Shown here: positions 16,226-24,906 of the stretch, piece by piece
Layout of the letters: each line of letters opens with the position of its first letter
How positions within the stretch are numbered: position 1 is the first letter of the stretch
Source: a virus
Taxonomy: Duplodnaviria; Caudoviricetes
IMG/VR virus record: IMGVR_UViG_3300023105_003460
Span: 1 to 36,688 of that record
Strand: one strand, 5' to 3'
DNA length: 36,688 bases
Notes under the pieces: generated by a model
Told to the model about the DNA's origin: nothing
Database searches by the model: none
What the model saw: the letters and a program-made list of their open reading frames with translations, nothing else
Translations under genes and position numbers: made by a program

Positions 16226-18646
16226 ATGGCAGAACAAGAAACCTCATTATCTGTAGGCTCACGCGGTGAAGTAGTAAAAGAGCTTCAAAAATGGCTAAAC
16301 CAATTTACTAGTGCCAGCATCAAAGAAGATGGCAGATACGGACAAAAGACATCACAGGCTGTAGCTAATTTTCAGCGTGAATCAGGATTAGAGGAAGATG
16401 GTATTGCTGGTGTCAATACTATTGAATCTATTATTTCCTACGAAGGAGAGGGCAATGAAGAAGAAGAAAATGAAGAAACTGTCCAAGGGGCAGAAGAAGA
16501 AGTTACTCCGACAGCTCAAGAAGAGCCTGAAGAAGAAGAAGTAACACCTGAGGAAGAGGCGGAGTTTGAAGAACCAACTCAAGCTCCTGCTGCTCCTGAA
16601 CAAGATACAACGCCAGAAGTAACCCCAGAAGAAGAAGCAGAGTTTGCCGCACCAGAAGGCGAAGACCCAACACTATCCCAACAACCACAAGATACTACAG
16701 TATCACAGGAACCTGTCCCTGCAGGACAAGTAGGCGATCAACAAGCTGACCCAGCACTTCAACCAGAACAGCCAGAGCAACCAGAGCAACCATCACCAGA
16801 GGATCTTGCTACGGCTGCTAGGTATGCCTCATATGCTAATAGGCCCACACCAGCACCAGCACCAACACCTGAACCAGCTCCAGAGGTGCCGCCTGAGATT
16901 CCACAAGCTACCCAACAAATTCAGCAGCAAACCGCAGGAAATTATCAAAAATTTCACAAACCGGCACAGGCTAGCACGAATCCTGCAGTTAATACTATAA
17001 CACCGGCAGACTTCAGCCAAGAAGTGTCGCCAGAGGCAAATAATTCTCAGCCACAGGCGCAGGCTAGCACGGATCCTGCAACTAATACTATAGCACCAGA
17101 AGAAGTTCCATTGCAAGGATATAGCTCAAGAGATCAATTTAGAAATGATCTATCACAATCTTTTCTAACACTAAAGAATATGATTAATAGTAATAGTAAA
17201 GATGGGATTCAAGAGTTACAAGCCCAGTTAGCTAATATACAGCAGCGGGCACAAGCTAGTGGGCAAGACTTTCCAAAGCTAACAAAGTATTTGTTGGACC
17301 TTCAAGGACATGCACAGAAATGGGGAGCAACTTTTGAAAGCAAACAGCCAACACATAGGCCTATACTGACTGAAGATAAACGTGAGCTTAGAGCAAAACG
17401 AAAGCAAATGGCTGCTGAAATAATGCAAGAGCTTCAAGACCCAAATAATTATGTTCCTAGTGTAGGAGAGGTACAGAATTTTGTACAACCAACTACAGAA
17501 GAGCCATATGATTTTGACAGTGATTATGATCAACAACCAGATCTAGGAAACATAGCTATTGAATGGACTGGTCCTAGTATGAAATACTTGACTAAACTTC
17601 ATAAATCTGCTATAATGGCTAAAAATGCTGAAGTATGGTATCAACAACAACATCTATTTGATAGAGATAAACATATCGAGCGGTTAAAAGCCGATATGAA
17701 ATCTGGCGATGGATTAAAACGTGGCAAGGCTAGAGACGCACTCAATGATTTATATGACATAGAAGAATGGGCACAAAAATATTTAGATTCTAATGGTAAA
17801 TCAATTATTGATGAAGACATGTATGAAGATTTATATGCTGAAGCAGATATCCCATTCTTTATAGAAGAAGGACAAGTATATAAATTCCTTGGTTTGAAAG
17901 ATCTCTTTAAAGGGATTAAGAAATATATAGATACTGCTAGAAGATATTCAAGAGATATACCAATCCACACGGATCTTATAGATGATTGGGAAGACGGGCT
18001 TGAGGAATGGGAAGACATATTTAGCAGGATTGGGCAAGAGACTCAAGAGTGGCAAAATATGAACGATGAGGCTAAAGGTGAATACTTAGCAGCACTCCGA
18101 GCAAAAACCAAGTTTGGACTAAGTGATGAGTTTAAACTAACTCCGCAAGAAGAACAAGATCTCAAAGACTTGACTGCTTGGGAAAAGGATTTCGACCAAA
18201 GAGTCGCCCAAGACGAACAAGATGAAGAAACCAGAGAACAAGAGGCAGCAGATGCTGCTAAAAATCGTATAGCAAATGATCATGAATTAAATACAGAACT
18301 AGTAGCTGATTTAGCTGTAGATGTACAGAACCCAACCACAGATGCTTCTTATATAGCAAAAGATGAAGAAGAGACAGAATTATTAGAGTTAGCACAGGAC
18401 CACGCTACACGAGTTGTAGAGTTTCTTACAACCACTATCGAAGGTATAGGATGGAGTGAAGATAACGCCCCGTTGGATACGGATCCAAATAGTAAAATGT
18501 ATGCAGGAATTGGTGAGCGAATCAACAATTTCCATGCCAATCTCAAAAAATATCAAGAATCAGCAAGTACGGAGGACTTTGCGGTTCTAGAAAAAGACTT
18601 TGACGATATTGTAACATTGGTGGATGATTACTCAACTACAACCTAA
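16226..18646 (+). CDS. Large acidic protein with an N-terminal peptidoglycan-binding domain and P/E/Q-rich linker
   Basis: LSVGSRGEVVKELQKWLN...DGRYGQKT..AV..FQ...GL..DGIAG..T matches PG_binding_1. Confidence 0.8.
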   Translation: MAEQETSLSVGSRGEVVKELQKWLNQFTSASIKEDGRYGQKTSQAVANFQRESGLEEDGIAGVNTIESIISYEGEGNEEEENEETVQGAEEEVTPTAQEEPEEEEVTPEEEAEFEEPTQAPAAPEQDTTPEVTPEEEAEFAAPEGEDPTLSQQPQDTTVSQEPVPAGQVGDQQADPALQPEQPEQPEQPSPEDLATAARYASYANRPTPAPAPTPEPAPEVPPEIPQATQQIQQQTAGNYQKFHKPAQASTNPAVNTITPADFSQEVSPEANNSQPQAQASTDPATNTIAPEEVPLQGYSSRDQFRNDLSQSFLTLKNMINSNSKDGIQELQAQLANIQQRAQASGQDFPKLTKYLLDLQGHAQKWGATFESKQPTHRPILTEDKRELRAKRKQMAAEIMQELQDPNNYVPSVGEVQNFVQPTTEEPYDFDSDYDQQPDLGNIAIEWTGPSMKYLTKLHKSAIMAKNAEVWYQQQHLFDRDKHIERLKADMKSGDGLKRGKARDALNDLYDIEEWAQKYLDSNGKSIIDEDMYEDLYAEADIPFFIEEGQVYKFLGLKDLFKGIKKYIDTARRYSRDIPIHTDLIDDWEDGLEEWEDIFSRIGQETQEWQNMNDEAKGEYLAALRAKTKFGLSDEFKLTPQEEQDLKDLTAWEKDFDQRVAQDEQDEETREQEAADAAKNRIANDHELNTELVADLAVDVQNPTTDASYIAKDEEETELLELAQDHATRVVEFLTTTIEGIGWSEDNAPLDTDPNSKMYAGIGERINNFHANLKKYQESASTEDFAVLEKDFDDIVTLVDDYSTTT
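16963..17105 (+). repeat. Imperfect intragenic direct repeat, two copies of about 48 bp
   Basis: Encodes AQASTNPAVNTITP and AQASTDPATNTIAP; EVTPEEEAEF also occurs twice and QPE four times upstream. Confidence 0.7.
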
Positions 18647-18655
18647 AAAGGTAGT

Positions 18656-19402
18656 ATGCTATTTTGGTATAGTGTGAAGAAGAAAATGAACAAGCGTCTA
18701 TATAGGAAACAGCAAAGAATAATTTTTCAAAAGAAAGAAGAGCGCAGAGGGCGAACAAGCACTATGCTCTATCGTGCTCTATTTCTTATTGTAGTGCTAT
18801 TGCTGACTACAGCATTTATAACCCCATCCTCCATTGGATCATCTGATGTTGTTGAAAATCAGAAAGTATATAATATGTCTGAGGAAGTAGAACGATCCTA
18901 TAAGAAGCAGGAAGCATTGGATGATTTCAGCAGACGAATCAACTCATATGCTAAAGAAGAAATTGATTGTTTAGCGCAAAACATTTACCATGAGGCACGA
19001 AATGATATGTTGGCTGGGCAGTTTGCTGTAGCTGATGTAGTCCTCAATCGTGTAGATGATAAGCGGTTTCCAAATACTATATGTGAAGTAGTCAAAGAAG
19101 GTCCAGTGTATGAGTCCGCAAAGACAAAACTTACAGAGGATCCAAATGACGCTATTTACTATCCCGTAAAGAACAAATGCCAATTCTCTTGGTATTGTGA
19201 TGGACAAGACGACGACACACACGAAGAGCTTGCTTGGAGGCAGGCTACTACTATTGCGTATATGATGCTGGGCAACCTAACCTTCAGAGGGATCACTGAG
19301 GGCAGCACACACTACCACGCAACATATGTCAATCCACGCTGGGCGAAGACAAAATATCCAGTTGGTAGAATTGGCAAACATAAATTTTATCGCTGGCTAT
19401 AA
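18656..19402 (+). CDS. SleB-like cell wall hydrolase (Hydrolase_2) with N-terminal membrane anchor
   Basis: CLAQNIYHEAR, VLNRV, FPNTICEVV, CQFSW, THYHA, IGKHKFY; exact start uncertain. Confidence 0.92.
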   Translation: MLFWYSVKKKMNKRLYRKQQRIIFQKKEERRGRTSTMLYRALFLIVVLLLTTAFITPSSIGSSDVVENQKVYNMSEEVERSYKKQEALDDFSRRINSYAKEEIDCLAQNIYHEARNDMLAGQFAVADVVLNRVDDKRFPNTICEVVKEGPVYESAKTKLTEDPNDAIYYPVKNKCQFSWYCDGQDDDTHEELAWRQATTIAYMMLGNLTFRGITEGSTHYHATYVNPRWAKTKYPVGRIGKHKFYRWL

Positions 19403-19410
19403 TTTTTTAC

Positions 19411-19439
19411 TTGACAGAACCTAAACATTAAGCTATAAT
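19411..19439 (+). promoter_or_regulatory. Sigma70-type early promoter
   Basis: TTGACA-17 nt-TATAAT. Confidence 0.85.
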
Positions 19440-19447
19440 GAGAATAT

Positions 19448-19585
19448 ATGGTAGATTTTGAAACATTGATGTTCATCATATCATTTGGGCCTTTGGTCCT
19501 AGTGGTTATACTTGTAGAAGTAATTCTAAGAATTTTATTTAGAGGATCAAAAAATGAAGACAACCGTAAAGCAGGCGCTGACTAA
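19448..19585 (+). CDS. Small single-TM protein (45 aa, missing from the ORF track)
   Basis: MVDFETLMFIISFGPLVLVVILVEVILRILFRGSK...; ATG 8 nt after TATAAT. Confidence 0.5.
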   Translation: MVDFETLMFIISFGPLVLVVILVEVILRILFRGSKNEDNRKAGAD

Positions 19586-19784
19586 ATTCTATAAGAAGTA
19601 TAATAAGTTCAGCCGCACGACCCTCAAGATGCTAGAGCAGGAGATTGTGGCTGAGCTTGAGCACGATGAGAACAGAGGTGAGATCGGAACGCCATATCAC
19701 GCCAAGCGAGAGCTGGAGCTGGCATTGGTGAGAAAAATGATCAACCAAAAGAAAAAGACAAAAAAAGGTAAGAAAAAGGCTTGA
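19554..19784 (+). CDS. Hypothetical basic protein
   Basis: GAGGA SD, 76 aa. Confidence 0.7.
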   Translation: MKTTVKQALTKFYKKYNKFSRTTLKMLEQEIVAELEHDENRGEIGTPYHAKRELELALVRKMINQKKKTKKGKKKA

Positions 19785-19818
19785 CTTTCCTGCTAAGTGT
19801 GCTATAATAATATTTATA
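19769..19818 (+). promoter_or_regulatory. Early promoter, copy 1 of a 50-bp direct repeat
   Basis: TTGACT-16 nt-TATAAT with an extended TG; 49/50 identical to 20770-20819. Confidence 0.85.
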
Positions 19819-19841
19819 AAGAAAAAACAGAGTGGTTAGAA

Positions 19842-20750
19842 ATGATGGGGGTCAAAGTTATTACAGAACTTCCTACGAATGAAAAGTTTGATGTTGTGTT
19901 GCTAAACCCACCATACAGTAACGATACACAAAAAGATTTATATATGGAGTATGTAAGACTGGCTGTAGAGCTTTCAAACTATGCTACAGCTATTATTACT
20001 CCATCACGTTGGACATCACTAAACAACGCAACATTTAAAAAGTTTAACAACGAATTATTGAACAATGGCTTGAGCTACTTCAAGTGGAACAACGCAAAAA
20101 CATTTGATGTCAAGATGCCAACTTGCTCATATGTATTGTACAAAAACCACAAGCCAAATACTGTTACAGTTGTCAATGAGGACGACGATACTGTAAATGT
20201 TGATATCAACAAGATTGGTTTTTACCCAGCTGACTTTGACGCACTGAGCGTATTGGAAAAGGTTGCTGGACTTCCAGGACTAAAAATCAAGAGCGGCGGA
20301 TTATATGAGAGCGGATTGGTAGCTGGTAGCAACAAGATTATTTTGCGAGCTGGCACCAAAGGCGAGGCGCTTCCATACTTTATGGGTGACGACAGTTCCG
20401 CAGCAAAGACTTCATTGCGTGGCGAGAGCAAAGTGGTATTCAGCCGTAACACCGCTGAGTTCAAGATTGGCGAGGTAAAGATTGCTGACAAAGACGCTGG
20501 TGTAGGCTTTGGTGCTTTTGGTATTGTTACAAACAACGATGTCGAAGGTGACAACTTGATTGGCTACCTAAATAGCAACTTGGTAAAGTTCCTAGTCCGC
20601 AACTACAAAAAAGGCACAAAGGGTAACTCCATTGAGCTCTTCAGCAAGATCCCAGCTATGGACTTTACACGGAGCTGGAGCAATGCCGATGTGTATAGCC
20701 ACTTTGGACTTACTGATGCTGACATTGAGTACATTGAGGCAAATATCTAA
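19842..20750 (+). CDS. N-terminally truncated N6-adenine DNA methyltransferase paralogue (Eco57I-like); possibly a pseudogene or cassette
   Basis: FDVVLLNPPY and IITPSRW motifs; lacks the N-terminal ~100 aa of its neighbour; first ATG after the promoter is 19842. Confidence 0.7.
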   Translation: MMGVKVITELPTNEKFDVVLLNPPYSNDTQKDLYMEYVRLAVELSNYATAIITPSRWTSLNNATFKKFNNELLNNGLSYFKWNNAKTFDVKMPTCSYVLYKNHKPNTVTVVNEDDDTVNVDINKIGFYPADFDALSVLEKVAGLPGLKIKSGGLYESGLVAGSNKIILRAGTKGEALPYFMGDDSSAAKTSLRGESKVVFSRNTAEFKIGEVKIADKDAGVGFGAFGIVTNNDVEGDNLIGYLNSNLVKFLVRNYKKGTKGNSIELFSKIPAMDFTRSWSNADVYSHFGLTDADIEYIEANI

Positions 20751-20769
20751 AAAAAAAAATAAAAAAAGA

Positions 20770-20828
20770 TAAGAAAAAGTCTTGACTTTCCTGCTAAGTG
20801 TGCTATAATAATATTTATACAGTAAATA
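20770..20828 (+). promoter_or_regulatory. Early promoter, copy 2, with TATACAGTAA box and embedded TAAATA
   Basis: TTGACT-16 nt-TATAAT (20804-20809); box at 20816-20825. Confidence 0.85.
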
Positions 20829-20855
20829 TTTTAGCACACACACAGGAAACACACG

Positions 20856-22040
20856 ATGGCAGCAAAAATAAATACAGTAGATCACAAAGCTATTATTAGT
20901 GCCAAATTTGATAAAGCATGGGATCATATTGTAAAATTACAAAAGCATCATATGATGCCGTCAAGTCATAAGATTCATACTCCACGAGTTATTACTAAAA
21001 AACTTGTAGGAGAAATTCTAAAGAATGTTGAAGCAACAGAAAATATCCTAGTGCTATATAACGTAGAATTTGTACTAGAGCTACTTGAACAAAACAGGCT
21101 AATGGGAGCAAACACTTCTGAAACTAATATTACATTTTACTCCGATGATAAAGAAAAAACAGAGTGGGTAGAAATGATGGGCGTAAAAGTCATAACAGAG
21201 CTACCAATGAATAAACTGTTTGACGTAGTTATTGGCAATCCTCCCTTCAATACTGGATCAGATGTAAAGAAGAGCAACACAGGTGTCGAAGGCGACACTA
21301 AGAAGTTCAAGTTTTTTACTAACCTAGCAGCAACATTAGTTCGCAAAGATGGTTATGTAGCATTGATTACTCCAAAAGGTATTATCAATACACTGTTGAA
21401 GGACAAAGTCATACGAAACTATGAGGTAAAGAACCTCAACTTTATGAGCGAGTTGAATGTTTGGGAATATGATACTTGCTACTTTGTATTACAAGCAACA
21501 GCAGAAAGAACAAGTGGTGTTGCTTTAGACGATATGGTGCTAGGCAAGATGCTTGACATTACCTGTACTGATACTTTTACTTGTAAGTTGAATAACAAGT
21601 CAGAAAAAGAAATGGCTCGTGAGAATGTATTTGGCCCAAATGGTGTTGATGCTATTCGTTACTTGCCAGGCAGCCGAGGTGACAACCCCATTTATGATTC
21701 CGTTGCTAATACACGATATATGATTCCAGCTGGGCCCAAAGTTGTTGGCACGGCACTGAGCAGCACCAAGTCCATTATTGCTACTGACTCAGCAGTTGCT
21801 GCTGGCACTGTTACAAGTTACATTACAGATACAATGGCAGAAGCTGAGGCACTTGCTAAGTTTATTTTGAACAACAAGGCGGTAAAATACTTCAACAAGG
21901 CAGCCAAAATAAAGAAGCCTATGAACAGTTTCAAATGGGTCAAGCGATTTGACTTGTCACAGATTGTTACTGGCGAAGAGTATCCAGTTGAGTGGGGTTT
22001 TACTGCTGAAGAGATTGCTCACATTGAGGCAAATATTTGA
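20856..22040 (+). CDS. N6-adenine DNA methyltransferase-like protein (Eco57I-like)
   Basis: HTP (motif X-like), FDVVIGNPPF (motif IV), DGYVALITP; the SAM-binding motif I looks degenerate. Confidence 0.78.
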   Translation: MAAKINTVDHKAIISAKFDKAWDHIVKLQKHHMMPSSHKIHTPRVITKKLVGEILKNVEATENILVLYNVEFVLELLEQNRLMGANTSETNITFYSDDKEKTEWVEMMGVKVITELPMNKLFDVVIGNPPFNTGSDVKKSNTGVEGDTKKFKFFTNLAATLVRKDGYVALITPKGIINTLLKDKVIRNYEVKNLNFMSELNVWEYDTCYFVLQATAERTSGVALDDMVLGKMLDITCTDTFTCKLNNKSEKEMARENVFGPNGVDAIRYLPGSRGDNPIYDSVANTRYMIPAGPKVVGTALSSTKSIIATDSAVAAGTVTSYITDTMAEAEALAKFILNNKAVKYFNKAAKIKKPMNSFKWVKRFDLSQIVTGEEYPVEWGFTAEEIAHIEANI

Positions 22041-22049
22041 AAAAAGTGC

Positions 22050-22094
22050 TTGACAACCAATAATTTATCGTATATAATTAGAATTATACAGTAA
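22050..22094 (+). promoter_or_regulatory. Early promoter with TATACAGTAA box
   Basis: TTGACA-17 nt-TATAAT (22073-22078); box at 22085-22094. Confidence 0.85.
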
Positions 22095-22149
22095 GTTTTT
22101 CCACCGCAGCATATCGCTGCATTTTCAACCTCCCTAAGGAGATATTGCT

Positions 22150-22722
22150 ATGTTTAGCAAATTCAAGTTGGCAGCTCTGTCTGCTCTCATCGCTGTAGCC
22201 GCTGTTGGCTGTGGCACAAATACTGTTAAAGTTGCTACACACAAAGAGTATGTAGTACCCGAGTGGCACGCAGAGTGTGTGACACGTGACACTGAGTCCA
22301 ACGGGCTTGCATTTTGGGACACCGAGGAGATTTACTTCGCTTGTGGCGAGGCACAATCCGGCTTCCCTGAGGCAGCTAAAATCAAGGCAACTAACATTGC
22401 CAAGCGCCATATGGCAGACGTCGTCAATGGACGTATTAGCGCAGGTGAGAAGATTCGCATGAGCGACATCGGCACACCAGACGATATGCGTTCTGAGACT
22501 GAGACTGAGATGCTCATCGTCAATAAGATTGATGAGGTTGCGCTCACAGACTACTCTGTCGTCAATCACTACACTTATAAGATGAAGGGTCAGTTCTATT
22601 CGTTTGCTAGAATTGCTCTTCCTAAAAATAAGGTAGAGGGGGCGATTGCTGAGGCTAAGAAGCGTGATCGGCTCAAAAATGCGCCGGCTGTAGCGTCCAA
22701 GCTGAATCCAGGCTTGAACTAA
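22150..22722 (+). CDS. Lipoprotein (LPP20-like)
   Basis: Signal peptide with lipobox AVG-C; VPEW motif; AAGGAG SD. Confidence 0.75.
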   Translation: MFSKFKLAALSALIAVAAVGCGTNTVKVATHKEYVVPEWHAECVTRDTESNGLAFWDTEEIYFACGEAQSGFPEAAKIKATNIAKRHMADVVNGRISAGEKIRMSDIGTPDDMRSETETEMLIVNKIDEVALTDYSVVNHYTYKMKGQFYSFARIALPKNKVEGAIAEAKKRDRLKNAPAVASKLNPGLN

Positions 22723-22730
22723 TTCCTAAC

Positions 22731-22747
22731 GGGGCTTCGGCCCCTTT
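22731..22747 (+). terminator. cUUCGg hairpin terminator
   Basis: GGGGC-TTCG-GCCCC-TTT. Confidence 0.75.
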
Positions 22748-22754
22748 ACATATT

Positions 22755-23105
22755 ATGACTATGAAATCTGCTATTATCGCCGCCCTTGCGGGCTTGACAC
22801 TCGTCGCTTGTTCCACAGCACATCAACATGCAACACTGGAGGACAACGGGCATAATTTTTGCTATGTAGATGAGACTATCAAATCTAAAGACGGAGAGCT
22901 TGAGAGTTCCGAGACTGTAATGCGATGTTCAGATAAGCCACGTGTAGAACACTTTATGAAGGACGTAGGCAAAGCACAAGAATGTCGTAACTACTACACA
23001 TCATATCGTATGAAAGGACAAACCCGCCACGTAAAAGGTTTGTTGTGTAAGTTTCCCAACGGCGAATGGCAAGCGGTGGATGCCCGTTATTCCTATTTTG
23101 AGTAA
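22755..23105 (+). CDS. Lipoprotein
   Basis: Lipobox LVA-C; C-terminal CR...C...GEWQ motif. Confidence 0.75.
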   Translation: MTMKSAIIAALAGLTLVACSTAHQHATLEDNGHNFCYVDETIKSKDGELESSETVMRCSDKPRVEHFMKDVGKAQECRNYYTSYRMKGQTRHVKGLLCKFPNGEWQAVDARYSYFE

Positions 23106-23108
23106 TAT

Positions 23109-23543
23109 ATGAAGAAGCTATTATTATCCGCATTGATTGGTTTGGCTGTTATTGGCTGTAGCCGTTCTGCTGCTCCTTACTATGGTAGTCAGACTACTGC
23201 CAATCGCTCACAGACACAGGGGCTATGGGTCCATCAGATTGCACAGAAGCTACAGGGCAAAGCTAATGCGTTTGATGTTGAAGTAGCAGACAGAGAGCGC
23301 CACCAACGATGTGTGTTCTTTGCGCTAGAGCAATTGAACTTAGGCGAGACTTGTGTATGGCATGGTCCTGACACAGGCGATATGGGCCGTGTGCGAGTAA
23401 CAGCAGTATATCCAATGGGCCCAGGTATGTGTCATGTGTTCTTTACAGACCTTACACATTCCGGCGGTAGTGTAAAGAACTGGCAAGACACTGCTTGCTA
23501 CAATCAGAACACAGAGAAGTGGATGTTTAGATCGGAATATTGA
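23109..23543 (+). CDS. Lipoprotein, RT0821/17-kDa surface-antigen-like
   Basis: Lipobox VIG-C; ALE...GE...W..PDTG..G.V...C...TAC...W pattern. Confidence 0.75.
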   Translation: MKKLLLSALIGLAVIGCSRSAAPYYGSQTTANRSQTQGLWVHQIAQKLQGKANAFDVEVADRERHQRCVFFALEQLNLGETCVWHGPDTGDMGRVRVTAVYPMGPGMCHVFFTDLTHSGGSVKNWQDTACYNQNTEKWMFRSEY

Positions 23544-23553
23544 TAAATATCTT

Positions 23554-24906
23554 ATGATATTTGTAATACTGACGATGCTCACCGCTCTTTCGATTAGTGG
23601 TGTAGCAATTTATTATTCGGTGGCAGGACTTGTCGCTATATTTGCAGGTGCTGCCATTCCCATTATTATAATGGGAGGAATCCTTGAGGTAAGCAAACTA
23701 GTAACCGCTGTATGGTTACATAGGTTTTGGCACGAAGCTCCACGCTGGTTGCGTTACTACCTTTTATCTGCTGTCATTGTTTTGATGTTTATTACATCAA
23801 TGGGCATATTTGGATTTTTATCCAAAGCACATATAGAGCAGTCTGGCGTCTCACAGGAGAACACTGCTAAAATAGAGCGTGTAGTAACTGCTATGGAACG
23901 CAATGATGCTCTAATAGAAGAACGGCAAAAAGCTATACTGTCGCTACAAACGTCTGGCACATCTGGACAAGCGAGCATACAGTTACAAATAGACAAAGAA
24001 CAAGAACGTATAGATTCTGCGTATGATAGAATACGCCCTCTAATTTTAGAACAAAATCGTATTATAGAAAACTATATAGGATTTTATAGAGAACAATTAC
24101 AAAATGTTGATAATGATTTAGCAGTATTACAAGGCTATATTGACAGCGGTGACATTGAGAAAGCACAGGCTTACATTGGCACAAAAGTTGATGGCAAGTA
24201 TGGACCAAAAACTGCTGAAGCATTTACGGCATATCAACAAAAGAAGGAAGAGGAGCGAGCTGCTCACCTTACAAAGTTTGAACAGGCTGCTGGTTCCATC
24301 GAAGTAGAGCAAGCTAGGGCTGAAATAACACGCCTCAGAGCTTCAGCAGAGCGACAAATCCTCAAGTCTGAACAACTAATAGCAGAGTTTCAAACCCAGC
24401 TACAAGCTACAGCAGAAGAGCAGGATGTAACAGCAATTATAGCAGGGCATAGAGATATAATTCAAAATGCAGAGATTGAGAATCAGGCACTACAACAAAC
24501 TCGTTTTGAGCTTGAAGCTGATGCTAGAAAACTAGCTATAGAAGTTGGCCCAGTCAAATATATAGCAGAGCTAATATATACAGGATCAACTAATAATCAT
24601 ATATTAGAAGAAGCAGTTCGTTGGGTTATTATTGTATTGGTATTTGTATTTGATCCATTAGCTGTGATATTACTTATTGCGTCACAATATAGTTTAAAAG
24701 TTATCAATCCAAATTATATGTCATTATTTGATTTGTCATCTAAGCGAGAAGAAATAGTAGAACTGAAACCAGAACCTAAAAAAAAGAAACCTCAACTACC
24801 CAAAGAGGAAGAAGAATCAAAGCCTAAAAAATCATCTTTAGGCATTGATGTTGAGGCAGCAAGGGAATGGGTAAATCAAAATTTACATAGACATAGGACA
24901 CTATGA
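23554..24906 (+). CDS. Membrane protein with 3+1 TM segments and a long coiled coil
   Basis: Hydrophobic N-terminus, FITSMGIFGFLS, EVGPVKYIA, FVFDPLAV; internal VDGKYGPKT PG-binding-like motif; TAAATA at 23544-23549. Confidence 0.8.
   Translation: MIFVILTMLTALSISGVAIYYSVAGLVAIFAGAAIPIIIMGGILEVSKLVTAVWLHRFWHEAPRWLRYYLLSAVIVLMFITSMGIFGFLSKAHIEQSGVSQENTAKIERVVTAMERNDALIEERQKAILSLQTSGTSGQASIQLQIDKEQERIDSAYDRIRPLILEQNRIIENYIGFYREQLQNVDNDLAVLQGYIDSGDIEKAQAYIGTKVDGKYGPKTAEAFTAYQQKKEEERAAHLTKFEQAAGSIEVEQARAEITRLRASAERQILKSEQLIAEFQTQLQATAEEQDVTAIIAGHRDIIQNAEIENQALQQTRFELEADARKLAIEVGPVKYIAELIYTGSTNNHILEEAVRWVIIVLVFVFDPLAVILLIASQYSLKVINPNYMSLFDLSSKREEIVELKPEPKKKKPQLPKEEEESKPKKSSLGIDVEAAREWVNQNLHRHRTL

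Noticed and set aside
19797-19841. GTG 19797 as start of the first methyltransferase
   Set aside because: It lies inside the promoter spacer, upstream of the -10 box; the open frame is a by-product of the deletion junction
20816-20825. TATACAGTA as a LexA SOS box
   Set aside because: It matches only the right half of CTG-N10-CAG, with no CTG at the required distance in the copies examined
20836-20855. ACACAC-rich leaders (also near 26141, 29331 and 29606) as CsrA sites or a microsatellite switch
   Set aside because: Too short and irregular; more simply unstructured A/C-rich translation enhancers
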